A stretch of DNA of 64,000 nucleotides from Dipteris shenzhenensis. Its lineage: Eukaryota. The stretch lies in assembly GCA_047967505.1 (NCBI GenBank), contig CM106538.1. One strand, written 5' to 3'. The stretch's first letter is position 1. The number at the start of each line of letters is the position of its first letter. A program made the translations under genes and the position numbers. Below, piece after piece: positions 13,177 through 26,764 of the stretch. Below the pieces are notes generated by a model. The model was given only the letters and a program-made list of their open reading frames with translations, was not told where the DNA came from and ran no database searches.

Positions 13177-16100
13177 CCTTCAACAATGCCTACAGCTCCA
13201 TCTACAACTGCAGCAATCTTGCAAGCAGCTCCATAGCGACATGCGTTGGCTTACTATCCACAAAGGCTCAGCCTCAACGCTCTCCAACGAGCCATGCAAC
13301 AGCGCCTTCTTCAACAGCAACTACGACCTCTCCATCAACTATGGCTGGGTGACCTCTCCAACACTTACAGCAAAGCTACGGTTCAATGCCAACACAGGTC
13401 CTCAAATCAACCTGCAGCTCCCTAACTCCTCTCATGGGCCTCTGATCAACAGGTCTTCCATAGCCTTGGCGAGCAACGAGCTCTACAGAGCATTCGCAAG
13501 CCTCCATCAACGATCCTATTGACCATCGACACAACACTTCAGCACACGGGCTGCAACAACTCTTGTGCTATCAACAACCGCCTCCATTGCCATTTGCTTC
13601 CAAAGCAAACGACCAGCTGCAGCTCAGCCTCAGTGCCAACGACTATCTCTCTACGACCAGCGCCCTTCTTTAGCAATCAACTATGACCTACAAGTAGCAT
13701 TCCAACTGGGACTCCTACAACACACAGACGTGACAAGCAGCAAGGGGTCTATAGCGGCAACGAAGCAGTGGGCGACTATAGCCAACGAGCTACTCACACA
13801 AGCACTCCTCCAATGAGCCAGTGCTCCTCCTCCAACGACGGTCAACCATAGCGAGCCAACGTTCCAACAGGACGCTCCTCCAACTTCTCTTCAACGTAAC
13901 ACACAGCCAATGGGCTCGACGGAAGCCTCCATCGATAGCACACGCTCAGCCAGTGAGCCCATCACCTCGTAGTAGAGGCACTCCTTCAGCTAGCACGGGC
14001 TTCTCCTTAGCTCTACGCTCAACCGCCTCCAAGCCTCACAACGAGCAACCACCAACAAAGCCACAACACCCTTCAGTCGCTTCTACTCCTCTAAGAGCTC
14101 ACGGGACTGCAAGGGAGAAGACGAGGAAATCACTAGATTCTGTCAAAATCTTCGAAAGATTCCAATTCTCCAAGCAACATGTGGCACCTTCCGAGGCTCT
14201 TATCCTCCACGTGGCATCTTATCTTGCCATGTCAGCAACAGTTGACCATGGTTGGGTGTATTTGACCTAGAGTCAACCAAAGGATAGGGTTGGTCAATTA
14301 ACCCCGGGTCAAGTTAAACACTGGTTGGGTCACCACAACAAGGTTTGGTTAAAATTTTGACATGTGGCACCTCTGACACCTCATCAGTCAAAGTTGAGTC
14401 AACAGTGCCACCTTAGCTGTCCAATCAGCATTGACCCCTGCCAGGCACACACAGTGCTCCATAGGCACTTCATGTGACCACTTCTGCCACCTTAACACAT
14501 GGCTCCACTGGCACACCTCTTGCTAGGCACAGTGCCACATCATCATTGAGCACCATTTGCACTCCTTTTGCCCCTCCACCTAGATCAAGTCATATCTCTT
14601 GATCCAAGAAGAATTTAAGGACGCTCCAAAAAGGAAAGTCGCTCGGTTTTTTGTGCTCTACGCGCTCGTCATATCATGTGCACATTTCAATGCAAGCTAC
14701 ACTCACATTTGAGCCTTGTCAACAAAACCACTTCCTTCATGCACATTTGCCTCTACATCGACGCATCTGACCCAGCACTTAAAAAGAACAAAAGAAAAGG
14801 AATTATTTGTTGTTCTTTCATCGATCAACAGTTGGTTTAGATCTAGATAAGAGTAGACTAGATCGCCATAGAGGGATGCTTTGAATTTCCCCAAGTTGCC
14901 AATCTAAGCCATGCCCGAAATTCTCGACTAGTACCTACTCGAAGTCAGTCCATATGCTCACATACGGTTTCACATCATTACATTTCTTGAAACCTTACAT
15001 TTATTAGTTCAGTGAGTAGACTTCAGAGAGTACAGAGGCATTGCAGATTGATTTAGTGGGCAGATACCATTTGATTTCACACACACATGCCACCATTGTA
15101 AAGCCTATTCAGCAATCTCACGGCATCATGCACATCATTTCAGCCTTGTAAAGCCTCTTGGCTATTCCCGACATCATTGCCACAAGCCTTGTAATACAGA
15201 TCTGATTTTATATACTGTAGTTCTATCTTCACCGACGGTATAGAGATTTCACTTGGCATAGTCAACGTATTTGTAGTTGATTCATACAGAGATTTTCACG
15301 ACACTTTTGAGTACATTTCTTGCACCATGTCGACTAGCAACCTCAATCTGGAGGCATCTGCTAAGTTAGACAACTCCAATTACGGTACATGGAAATACCG
15401 AATGGAGACCGTTCTTGTACTTCAGGACAAATCGGAGTATGTCAATGGGTCTACACCTAGATCATTGGATGATCCAACTACCAGTAGCTCTACTCCATTT
15501 GTTGTCACAGCACTAGCAACGGGATCTACATCGGGATATACATCTACACAAACAGTTTTTGCACCAGTAGCAGATCCTGCCATTGCACGAGCTCAGGCAA
15601 AATGGGATAAGAAAGACAAGTATGCCTATCACTTGATCAAGCAGAATGTGCAAGATGTCATGCTAGGACAACTCAACACAATCAAGACATCAAAAGAAGC
15701 ATGGGATATGTTCGTAGCTCTCTACGAGTCCAAGAACACATCCAAGATTCTCACCCTGAGAAAGCAGATCAACCAGAATTTCTGCAATAGCAGTGAAACC
15801 GGTCATGCTTATGTACTCCGCATAAAAGACTACAAAATCAACTTGCAGCAGCAGGAGAGACTATGAACCTCGCAAAAATGGTTCAAGTCATTCTGAATGG
15901 ACTAGGAGAGGGATACGAGAATCTAGTCTAGAGTATTGCCATCCAATGGCAAATTCCAACACTAAAAGAACTTCAGTCAGTCCTACTTAGTAAAGAACTC
16001 AGGACTCAGGCCATTCAAGCACGTAAAGGTCATTCTAATGATCAGGCATTCACAGCTTCAGATAGAAGCAGATGCAAAGGCAGAGGCAGAGGTAGATCAT

Positions 16101-17940
16101 ACCAGAAAAGTGGTCATCATCAACAAAATCAAAGTCAAAATCAGCATCAGCATCAGCATCAACATCATCCTCAGCAACATCAGAATCAGCAAAGAGGAAA
16201 TCATTCCAACCGAGGAAGATTCCAAGGACAAGGGAATGCATCCACCTATGAAAGAGATTGCCGCAAGAAGTAGTATGACCAAGGCGGTCAATTCAGCAGT
16301 AATCAAGGGAATTCTCGAGGCAGAGGAAATCATCGTGGTGGACATTCTAGTCACAATCATTTTGCAAATGAACATGGAAATATGTTTCTTGCAAGCGAGA
16401 AATTGCATCAGACTGATACAGTGTACCTAGACAGTGTACCTAGACACTGATTTCAATCCCAAAGAGGATTTCAGCTATCAAGTCGACCAAGTGGAACAAG
16501 ATCCTTGGTACATCGACAGCGGTGCATCATCTCATATGACAAATCATCAGGAATGGTTCATAGAGATGAAACCATTAGAAGGACAGAAGAATGTCATCTA
16601 CACAGCAGACAATACACCAAATCCAGTTCAAGGGACAGGTGTTATCCCTATGAACAATTTCAGTAGTACAAAAGGATTTGTGAAAGATGTGCTCTATGTT
16701 TCGAAGCTCAGCAAGAACCTTTTGTCAGCAGGTCAAATGACGGAACATAATTACAAAGTCATCTTCAACGGTGATGAATGCACTATCAGAGACAAATCCA
16801 AAAGATATCAGCTAGTAGCAAAAGGTGTCAAGGAAGGACGCTTATACAGAATGCTAGCTACACTACCAGATAAGCATGCCATGTCAGCTCAAATGCAACA
16901 GATGCCACTATCTGCAAAATGGCACAACAGATATGGTCATGTCAATTTCAAGTACTTGTTAGATCTCAGGAATCAGAATATGGCAATTGGAATTCCGAAG
17001 CTACAGTTTCTTGGAAAGGTTTGCGAAGCATGCTGCTTCAGCAAACAAAAGCGAACCAACTTTGTCAGAAGTACCTCTCGTGCATGAGGTATTCTTGATT
17101 TGATTCATACAGATATATGGGGTTATGCCCAGACCTGCAGCATCAATGGTTCACCTTACTACTTGACCTTCATCGATGACTATAGCAAATATTGTTGGGT
17201 CTACTTTCTGAAAGAGAAATCTGAAGTGTTGTCCAGATTTCAGGAATTCAAAGCCATGGTAGAAAACCAGATAGGCAGAAAGATCAAGGACATGAGATCA
17301 GACAAAGGAGGTGAATACATGTCTTCAGCATTCATGAACTTTTGCAGAAATCACGGCATTCGAAGACAATTCACATGTGCAGATACTCCTCAACAGAATG
17401 CAAGGGCTGAAAGGAAGAATGGGAATTTAGCAGACAGTACTAGAGCAATGCTTAGTGAAAAGCATCATCCGAATCAGTATTGGGTAGAAGCAATAGCTAT
17501 AGCTAACTACTTGCTTAATCGGCTTCCTACCGAACCGATATAGGGTATGACTCCTTATGAAGCATTCGTTGGACACAAGCCACGCATTGGGCATCTTTGC
17601 ATATTTGGTTGCGTAGCATATGCCCACATACATGATGATCATCGCTGAAAATCGGATGCAAAGTCATGCAAATGCATCATGGTTGGCTACAATGAAGACA
17701 GCAAAGCATACAAATTGTATGGTCCCATCAACCGCAAGGTCATTATCTCTAGAGATATAATCTTTGATGAGAATTCAAAATGGAAAACCTCACCTACACA
17801 AGAGATAGAAGCATCGACTTCACAGTCATCTACAGAATAAGTTGATGAAGAAGAGCAAGAATTGCCAGCAACACCCCAAGCAAAGCCACAGCAGCTCAGA
17901 TGGTCTACTAGGGAAAGCAGACCTCCAGCTATCCCAAAGC
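13150..17940 (+). mobile_element. Ty1/copia element: long 5' leader and gag-PR-integrase, 3'-truncated and disrupted
   Basis: 15327 KLDNSNYGTWKYRM (gag); WYIDSGASSHM (protease); KWHNRYGHVN..CEAC (pre-integrase); IHTDIWG, FIDDYSKY, RSDKGGEY, PQQNARAERKN (integrase). Frameshift ~15835 and stops at 17085 and 17541. The leader is homologous to 21570-22357. Confidence 0.92.
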
Positions 17941-17959
17941 TCAATCACAAACCACTAAC

Positions 17960-18273
17960 CTACGCATGTGTATGATGTGCTCGTCAAACACCTTACATCT
18001 CGTCTGCTTTTAATAGATGTTCTTTCTATTTGGAGAAACTCTTGTATTTTTGTGCCAAAACGTTGTCAGCCTAGCAATGACTTCCGCACTTAAGATGTCT
18101 TCTCTCCTTTTCTTGCATTCTGTTGAAGTGTGCAAACTTCTCGAATTAGGATGATCATGCATTGCTTCCACTCTATGTTCAACCTCTGGAGCCACATTGG
18201 TCCTTCTAATTGATAGCATCTTCAACATTGTTCGCCTAAGCCGTTTCTCCTTTGTTTCACGGGACATCAACAT
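17960..18273 (-). mobile_element. DNA-transposon-like ORF fragment (possibly Sola-type)
   Basis: KRREDILSAEVIARLTTFWHKNTRVSPNRK resembles the N-terminal SR-x-P-x-KKD region of Sola-like transposases; recalled similarity only. Confidence 0.3.
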
Positions 18274-18672
18274 AGCTAATACTAACCCAAATTCTAGCCT
18301 TGACCAAGTCTTAAACCAATCTATCCTAGGCCTGTTGACTGAGCCTCTAATCTAGCATTGCGCCTTGACTAAACCTCTGAAAATATAGTGAGAAAGGACC
18401 AAATACGACTCCTCTCTCTAGATGCGCACACTCGAATAGAATCCCTCTCTCCCTAATTGATAGATAGGAGATGACTAGCTCTAACCAAAGCAAGTTGAGA
18501 CACTCATACATTATACTGTTTAGAATCAAAGATAGTAGAAACTCAACATATAGAAGACTTCTTAATTTCATTATATTTTCTTTCAAATAATAGGCTAATG
18601 TAGTCAAACCCAATGGTTCATCTGGCTCATATAGAGTATTCTAAAATAGCAACCAACACATTTGCACCATTC

Positions 18673-18676
<4 letters not shown>

Positions 18677-18724
<48 letters not shown>
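18677..18724. repeat. (CT)n microsatellite
   Basis: Perfect dinucleotide run. Confidence 0.95.
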
Positions 18725-18730
<6 letters not shown>

Positions 18731-20901
18731 CCTTGCATTATATTACGTCCATGAATCAAGCACAATGATCCCCCTCTTTTTGTGATGGAACATTCAACAA
18801 TAGCAATCCTTGCCAATTGACAAGTTGCACTTGTTTAGATCAAGCTACAACTGTCTAGAGGGTTCTACCCCATGAGTTTTACGTTGACCCAAAATTAGAG
18901 CTTAGAGACTATGGTAGTATAAACCTCAGTGGACATTATAGATCATCTGATCAACACTTTCATAATCAATGGAATGAACATTAATTGTGAGCTCAAACCC
19001 ACACCTTGGTAGCCAAGTTTAGCTCAATTCATCTACATTGGTAAATAACCGATATGGGAATAATATGTAAGAATGATAAAATTAAAAGAATGTATTTGGA
19101 AATGGGGACAAAATATTAGGAGCTAGCACCAAAATAATAGTCAAGATGGATAGTCATCTATGAGTAGCCTCCTTCCTAAAACAGTGTGGTTTGCATACTA
19201 CTAGAGCGGTATAGGCAAATTAGTAGAGTGGTATATGCAAGTACAGGTTCAGCTGAAGAACCTATTGAAATACTTATTGTATCGAAACTCACAAGCAAAA
19301 CAAAATTTGAAGGTGACAATGTTCTACATGGATCTTCAAGTTACCAAAGAATTGGGTGGAAATTGTCACTACACTTAGACCATACTATTACATACCGCAT
19401 ACTCCTAAAGGAAAATTTTATGCATCAAATTGCTGCCGAATGACTACAAGATGTTTCTTAGCTCTAACCACAAGGTTCCATTACAGTTACAAATAATGTA
19501 GGTTAGGGTATCAATCCTTTGAGTCCCATAGATCTAGCCTCCCTAGGCACGTGTGTCAACAGGCACCCATTTAGGATGAGTCAAGAGTCATCCCTCTAGT
19601 AGCACTGCCCACTTCCTTTACAAAGGTGACATCCCATTACTGTAAGAGGATCCATCTCTCCTCCACCTACAAGGGAGTATGATCCTTATCCATATGCACC
19701 TGTGGGTGACTTTGAATAGTCGCATGCTTGTATAGTGTCGCGAGCTGAGCTTGGTTATATCTAAATCATATCCACTAAGGACTGTTCTCTAGTGGGTCAT
19801 GTCCTTCATGCTAGATCGCCCCTCAATGCCATGCTCTGGTTCCCCTAGGGTGGAGGCAACAATAGTAGTAGCATTTGTGAGAGTGGAGAGGCTACAAGAA
19901 ATTCCATGAACTCTAAAGTTGAGGGCCTTAGAAGGGAAAAAAGTGGGAGATCGTGTGCCAATTTATTTGGAATTATTCGTGTGATTATTGACAATATCAA
20001 TTCCATACTCCATTTTTTGTTTGGTGTTGGAGTAGGTACAATTTGAATTGCATAGCATCATGTTCCTACATACAAATAGAAGAACACAATACGAGAAGTT
20101 TCAATAAATCAATTCTTATAAGGAACTGCAATAGCATCCAAAGGTGATGCCTTACAATATTGAGGGCATTTGGAAAGGAGCGAAGTCAATGAGATTGATC
20201 TTCATCCATGTGATGCTAGATGAATGGAATGGGGTTTGCTTGTAGCATATTTGGAAGCTTCAATTCTATGTGCCATGTAGAAGGTGTGAGCTTTGTATTG
20301 AGAAATCCAAGAAACTTGTGTAGTCTAAATTGGTTCATGCTAGCTTGCTTCACCCGTGCTCCTTGCAAATATATTGCTATACATGCATGGAAAAAGCTAT
20401 CAACGTAACCTAATAGGAAGCATGATTTGTAAAGCATGCATAGCATATTTTTTAAAGGCCATTATTGTGCCATACAAGGCTGAATACATAAAGACCATCT
20501 TGCACATTCATTTGTTCCACATGCAAATGTCGGTGCTAGACATTAATGAATGTGATGACATCAACGCACATGACAATTAACCTCACGATCATTGTTGCAC
20601 ACTTCAACTAATGTCTAAAAATATGTCACATACTAAAATTTAGTGATGCACATAACAAAGCTAATACAATGCATCCAATTGTGTGAGCTTAAAGTCAAAA
20701 AACTAATGAAACAAGGTGAATGATATTCATATGGCATGCCCAGGGGCTTTTAGAGAGTTTGACTCCATGAATTGCAGAAGTTGGCAGACCTACTAGAACA
20801 ACGTATTTTAACTCTCATAGCAGCATGGCATAACTAGTTGAGAACAAAGAACAATCAAAGGATCGAGTAGTGAAGGGAATGGGAGAGTGAATGATGAGGG
20901 A

Positions 20902-22490
20902 TGACAATGTGTGATTTCTTTATGTAGTTAAGTGACTATACAAGGACTACTTGTACTTGTTGAGAGTTCACGCTCAGCATCATGTGATCATGTGTGCATA
21001 GCACCATCACGTGATCATATGTGCATAGCACTAACCATAGAGTGCTATAAAGGAAAGGGTTAGATCCCCTAACCCTAACCCTAAATGGGTTTGTATATAT
21101 TCTATTTTTTCAACTAAATCTAGTGTACAGTTCGTCATTTGTGGTGTGCTCTCTAGTTGTGCCCTCTCTCCTCATCTCCACTCTTCTCCTCTCCCCTCTT
21201 CATATTTTGTCATGGTATCAGAGCATGGTTCTACCTTTTGTTGAGGCGCCATCCACCTTGTGAGAGTGAGATAGAGATTGTGAGATTGAGAGTTCTCGAG
21301 TGTTCTTGTGAGAGTTCACTTCCATAGAGAAATTTCCGTCCATCTAAAAGAATATTTCCATCAACTCCTTCGAGAGTTCTTTGAGAGTTATTCATTCCGT
21401 TCATAGTTCTACTCCGAGTGAGAGAGAGAGAGAGATAGGGAGAATTCTTCTTGAGAGATTCATTGTTTCTATGAGAGAGTTCTTTGGGATAGAGAGGTTC
21501 TTATCCTTGATGACTGAGAGAGAGAGAGGTTCTGGCCGGTTTTTAACTCCAACGACCCATCTAGCAGCATGCTTCGAAGAGTGGTAGTAGCCTCAACTTC
21601 TACAGTGACCTACAGACTCTACTAGTCTAGCCTCTACTCCACAACAGCAACACCTCCTAAGGTCTAAGCATAATGCTTAAGGCAGTCACGACAAAGCTCT
21701 CCAGCAAGCTCGGATCTGCACAACGAGCTGCTTAACAGCCACGGCTATGACTCACAATGAACTCCAGCAAGCCAACTAGTCTCTGTCCCTAGATCTACAC
21801 CGCCTAGCTCACGGACTCATGGGCAACGCTCCAAAACGTCAACGACCACCGATTACTGCTGCAAAGACTTTGCCTTATGTCACCTCCGCACCATGCCAAC
21901 GACAACCTGCATGCAAGCCTCACTTGCAATAGGCTCCAAGCTCCTGCAACGCTAAGGCTTAGCCAACGGACCGCCTCCATCAACGGCTTTCCTCAACTAC
22001 CTAGGTTCTACGACAAGGCTCCAACAATGTTCACAAGATTTCGGTTTTCCAAAAAGCGACACTTGGCAGGATAAGATAGCACCTAGGCTAGGTCTACAGT
22101 GTGCCACATGGCAACCTTATCTCCAAGTGCCACATCATCTGCCACGGTGGTAGCCATGTCATCATTACCACATCACCCTTGCCAGCTCAATAGGCCATGT
22201 CATCAAGACACATCATTCTACCATGTCATCAATGCCACATCATCAGCCTCGTTAGCATTGCCACATCATCTGCTGACATCATCAGTAGTGCCACCTCAGT
22301 TGTCCAATCAACACTGACATCTGTAGGCACACACAATGCTCTATAGTCATTGCATGTGTGCACTATTGTCTTGGAATTGAGTTCTGGAGAGATTCAGATA
22401 GCACATTCATGAGTCAGCTCAAGTATGTTGACAGTCTCCTGAAGAAGTTTCATATGGCAGATTGCAAGATTGCAGAGATGACCATGCACG
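20902..22490 (+). mobile_element. Internally deleted Ty1/copia: LTR, PBS, leader and RT fragment
   Basis: LTR end TTGTCA (21212), then PBS TGGTATCAGAGC (21213-21224, tRNA-iMet). Leader similar to 13150-14480, then abruptly the copia RT segment HYCLGIEFWRDSDSTFMSQLKYVDSLLKKFHMADCK. LTR start (TGACAA at 20902) is uncertain. Confidence 0.8.
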
Positions 22491-25024
22491 ACAAAATCTC
22501 ACGTAACAAAATTCAACTAATCATGGAATTAGAATGTCTCCAATTCAGAACTGCCAATACACCAACACTCGTGGCTGTAGGAAACTATATTTGGCCACAA
22601 GCCAATCACTGGGTGGATGCCAGAAGTTTCCTAATAATTTTCAAATATTTTAATGCCTAATTTCGTTTCTATTGGTTGGTTTTCATTACTGTGACCTCCC
22701 CCTTTACATTTCCACATTTTCATTACTATGACCTCCCCTTTTACATTTCACCACATTGAAAATCCATTTGTATGATTGTAATTATTCTTTTAGAGGAAAA
22801 CTAGGGTGCGGTAGGACGCCTAAGGGAAAAGATGGAATGAATTACGAAATTTATAATAAGACAATTTAAATTAACAATGTTTTAAATTGGAATGAAAAAA
22901 GTAAGCTGAGAATATCAAAATTGTATGCTTTTTGCTTTTTTGCGTTTAAAAAGCAAAGATATGCTTTTACCCACGAGATTTTATGCTATTTGAATAAAAC
23001 CTTCATGGTTGAAATTAATTAAAATCAATCTAAGGGCTCATCATTGTAAGGGCTAAAATCAATCTAGGGGTTCATATTCACTACATGTGACTCAAGGAGA
23101 TGGAAGAAAACCAAAGAATATGATTTCTGTAAGTTTTTGAAAGTCAAGAAAGGAAAATACCTTACTATAAACTAAGCAAGCACTAGTAGGTCCGAGCAAA
23201 TGTCGTGTGTGTCTAAGTGTTCCCTTCTTGTGAGTACCTCAACACAGAAATAGACAAGAATTTAGAATATACAAAAGCAAAAGTCAACAAACAAGGTGAA
23301 TTCAAAACACATATATAGATATATATAATATACTTTATATAACCACACATAGTGTGGGTGGGGAGGCGGCGCGCTTCCTTCCCCAAAGAGTTATAATCTG
23401 AGGGATCGGGCCCTTTCTTGTGCGTTGAGATTAGAATCGCCGAGAATATTAGCACGGAGATTGAGTATCACGAATATGTAAGAGACTGACACATTACCTA
23501 AATCTCAATGGGTGTGTTTGTCTTCTAAGTTGAATATCCAAATTCGTGTATGCACCAAGTATGTACATCTGCTTCACTTTTTGAAAAGATGCAAAAAACA
23601 CGTCTAAAAATGGAAATAGTATTAAAATACGGTATATTGAAAAACAAATCATTAAGTCTAGATTTTATCAAATTTATATATATATATATATATATTGCTA
23701 CATGTAGTGTTGGAATGTAAACGACATTTCCGAGGCAAGGTCATAAACATATGTGTCTCTCAATCAAAATCCCCAATTCTGATATGAACTTATCTCTCTT
23801 GAGTCTCCACTATGTTCCTCGATAGAGTGACTTCCTCGATCACTACGTCTCTATTGGACTTCTCTACCTTACCTCCGCAATCTACAACCACTTGTCCCTA
23901 ATCTTTTTTCCTTCCGTCTCTCTTTCTTCCATAAAATCGATGGCATTGGCCAGTTCTCTTTTTCTTCAAAGCAAGCAATATCAAGTGGATCATGCCACCT
24001 TCTTCCACCATGTCTTGGTGAGAGTTGACATCTATAGTACTCTATTGCTGCCTGTTTTTTGCTCTTGGGGCCATTTGCAACAATTGTAGGGGCCATTTGC
24101 GTGACCTTGCTACTGGTAAATGCCACCTTCTTCTTCTACAGTGCGCCACTCCGCCACTGTTGGGCAGTTGCTTCTTGGGTAGCTGTTGCTATGAATGGAT
24201 CACCCATCTGCTCCCTTTCTTTATATGTCTCCCATTGACTTTCTCCATCTCCATCCTTTCATCAATTCACGCCTCCCCTCCGTTGTCCACTGCCCTTACT
24301 TCGCAGCTCGACATAGCTGCTTCCTCCTCCTCCAATCCTCGATCTGTGAGTCTCTTGCACTGAGCCAAATCCAAATGGGTGAGATAGTTGTAAGATCGAA
24401 CCAACGCAGTGATGCCAACGTCGCCCACACCTTGTGCTCTATATCAACATGCACACATGTATTGCATTCTCCCGTGCTTTGGCAGATAAGCTTGACTATG
24501 TTCGTCTAGGGCAAAGATGCGATGGAAACAGAGGCATGCCTCAGGGAAACTTGGTACCTTCGGTGTAGAGGACGTTCATTACCCTGTGGGAAGAGATGAA
24601 GGAAGGACACGGGATGGGAGAAAAGCGGCCTAGGAAGAGAGGGAGGGGGAGAGCACAAAGCATAATTGAAAGATTGACACATTCTTCTTCAATCTGCAGA
24701 TCGGCGACCACCTCTTCTGTCTTGGTCTCCAGCATGAAGTTGCTCAACCGCAGAAAGGCAACATCTTTCTAGGAGGTGCCGGTAGTTGATGTGTTGATTC
24801 TTCGTCTCGATCAGGGGAGACATTCGGTTTCTCCCAATCATCTATTCTTACTTAGATTAGCGTTTTTGGATGTCTCTCTCGTTTATACTATATAATGCCA
24901 CACTCTTCATCTTCTTCATCTGCATCTCTGCTCAATCTTCATCCCCAACTGCATCACGTCCTCCACCTGCGAGCTACCTCATTATCGTCTGCTTTCTCCC
25001 CCCCCCCCCTTATGCCTCTCCAAT

Positions 25025-25477
25025 ATGGGCCTCAGTAACCACCTCATCTCCATCCTCAACTTCCTTACCGCCCTTCTCTCTATCCCTGTCCTTGCTACCG
25101 GCATCTGGCTTGCTACCGAGCACAACACCGACTGTGTCTGCTTCCTGCAAGGTCTTGTCATCGTGATCAGCCTCTTCATCCTCCTCGTCTCTCTCGCAAG
25201 CCTCTTTGGCTCTTGCTACCGGGTCACTTGCCTGCTCTGGACGTACGTGACCGTCATGTTCCTTCTCATCATGCTTCTCTTTTGCTTCACCATATTCGCG
25301 TTCATTGTGACAAACAAAGGAACGGGACAGGCCGTCGCGGATGCACACTTCAAGGAATACCATCTAGGCAATTACTCCTCCTGGTTGCAAAAGAGCAACA
25401 AAGCTAGCAACTGGGAGAAAATGAAAAGCTGCCTTACTGATTCCAAAATCTGCAACCAGTTGAACATGACAATCAAG
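25025..25477 (+). pseudogene. TET: Plant tetraspanin, exon-1 fragment (TM1-TM3 and start of EC2)
   Basis: SNHLISILNFLTALLSIPVLATGIWL..DC..FLQ..FTIFAFIVTNKG..FKEY.LG.YSSWLQK...NW.K.KSCL.DSKIC. Homology stops before the GCCKPP/TM4 exon, which I could not find downstream. Confidence 0.85.
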
Positions 25478-25855
25478 GTCGGACGTTTGATGTTTTTCAA
25501 AGTCGCTTGCAGACTTCCAATCTTCAACATACATTGATGCTACTGCCTGGCTCACAATCGATGGGATAAGGAATTTGCGAAGCTGGAGATGGGTTGAGAT
25601 CGCCGTCGCAGATCCCTAGCTCGCTTTTCGACGCTCCCTTTGCCGATTTGCGGCTACTAATTCATTTGTTTCCTTACCTAAGCGTTTTATTCTTTGAGCA
25701 CTCTACGACAGTGTAGAGAAAATGGATTCCAGACACGGGCGCACGATCATAGTCCCAGAATTCAATTCCACAACGGTGATATCTCATGAAGAAAGAAGAA
25801 GTTGTGGTGTAGTGTTTGTTCATGATATGATGCCAACGTATGTGAAGGAGCCATC

Positions 25856-25862
25856 TATAAAT
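25856..25862 (+). promoter_or_regulatory. Putative TATA box of the nsLTP-like gene
   Basis: TATAAAT ~70 nt upstream of ATG 25929, followed by a pyrimidine-rich leader. Confidence 0.55.
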
Positions 25863-25928
25863 TTTGCACTGCCATCTTCTACATTGCTGCCTTCTCGCTT
25901 ATCTTCTTCTCGCCTATCTTCTTTAGCT

Positions 25929-26288
25929 ATGGCCTTCCTCAAACCCTGTGCTGCCTTCCTCATCGTTGTCCTCGCCTCTTCCATCATTCTTCAATTGTCT
26001 CCTATTGTTGTTGCCCTTGACTGCAAATACCGTTCGACAGAACTTTGCCTTCTCCAAGGTGCAAGTCTCAAGCCATATAAGAGCTGCTATGGAGGTGTGA
26101 AATATTTGGATGGAATGATGCATAACAATCCAAGGAACAGGTGCATAGCGTGCAACTGCATCAATCAAAACTTTGGAACTTTACCCCTCAAGCCTTCTCG
26201 TGTGGCCAGCCTCGCCCCTGCTTGCCAAGTGAACCTCAACTATGTCGTTTTTGCGAACACTCCTTGCTCGTGGTGCATGTTCTTCTGA
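25929..26288 (+). CDS. Secreted type-1 non-specific lipid-transfer-protein-like gene (possibly decaying)
   Basis: Signal peptide MAFLKPCAAFLIVVLASSII..VVA, then C-X7-C-X12-C(Y)-X20-CNC-X21-C-X13-C. A GT at 26273, 5 nt after the last motif Cys codon, matches the type-1 nsLTP intron position, so the true end may be spliced. Confidence 0.75.
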   Translation: MAFLKPCAAFLIVVLASSIILQLSPIVVALDCKYRSTELCLLQGASLKPYKSCYGGVKYLDGMMHNNPRNRCIACNCINQNFGTLPLKPSRVASLAPACQVNLNYVVFANTPCSWCMFF

Positions 26289-26764
26289 AGCTTTGTGAGA
26301 GCAAACGATGCCGCAGAAAAGAGAGGGAGACGGGATCCTAAACGGATTAAATCTAAAGCTTTTCCTTTCTCATGAGTTTGGAAGAATGCTTGTGGCCGTT
26401 GAGATATCCAAGATCAAGGGCTTAGAATTGAACAAGTGGTTAAGGAGAGAGAAAAAATCCAAAACTTCCCTCTAGGCTGCCTACCGTAATCATAAAGAAA
26501 TTTTGTACACAATACTTTTAGAATTTTTGTGTGAAATTTTTGTGAACTCGTTCAACACAACCAAACCGACTGTGAAATTTTGTCAATACACCAAACCGAC
26601 TGTGTATGACGCACAAAATGGCATCTGCAGCAGCAGATCGGGAGTAAGTTACTCATCGAGCTTTCACGCGTTGTGAGGCTTCGATCTCGCAGCGCAGCTT
26701 AATCATTGCATTTCCTCGCAGTACGCCTTGTTTTGGGCTTCAATCCGATTGTGGGACGGTCACA

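Noticed and set aside
21066-21085. Telomere-like (CCCTAA)3
   Set aside because: Too short and lies within an LTR; at most a telobox-like motif.
23870-24800. Overlapping ORFs as host genes
   Set aside because: Short, with no recognisable domains; more likely a decayed L1 ORF1-type remnant on the minus strand, too weak to call.
25722-25928. N-terminal extension of the LTP ORF
   Set aside because: The TATA box and signal peptide point to ATG 25929 as the start.
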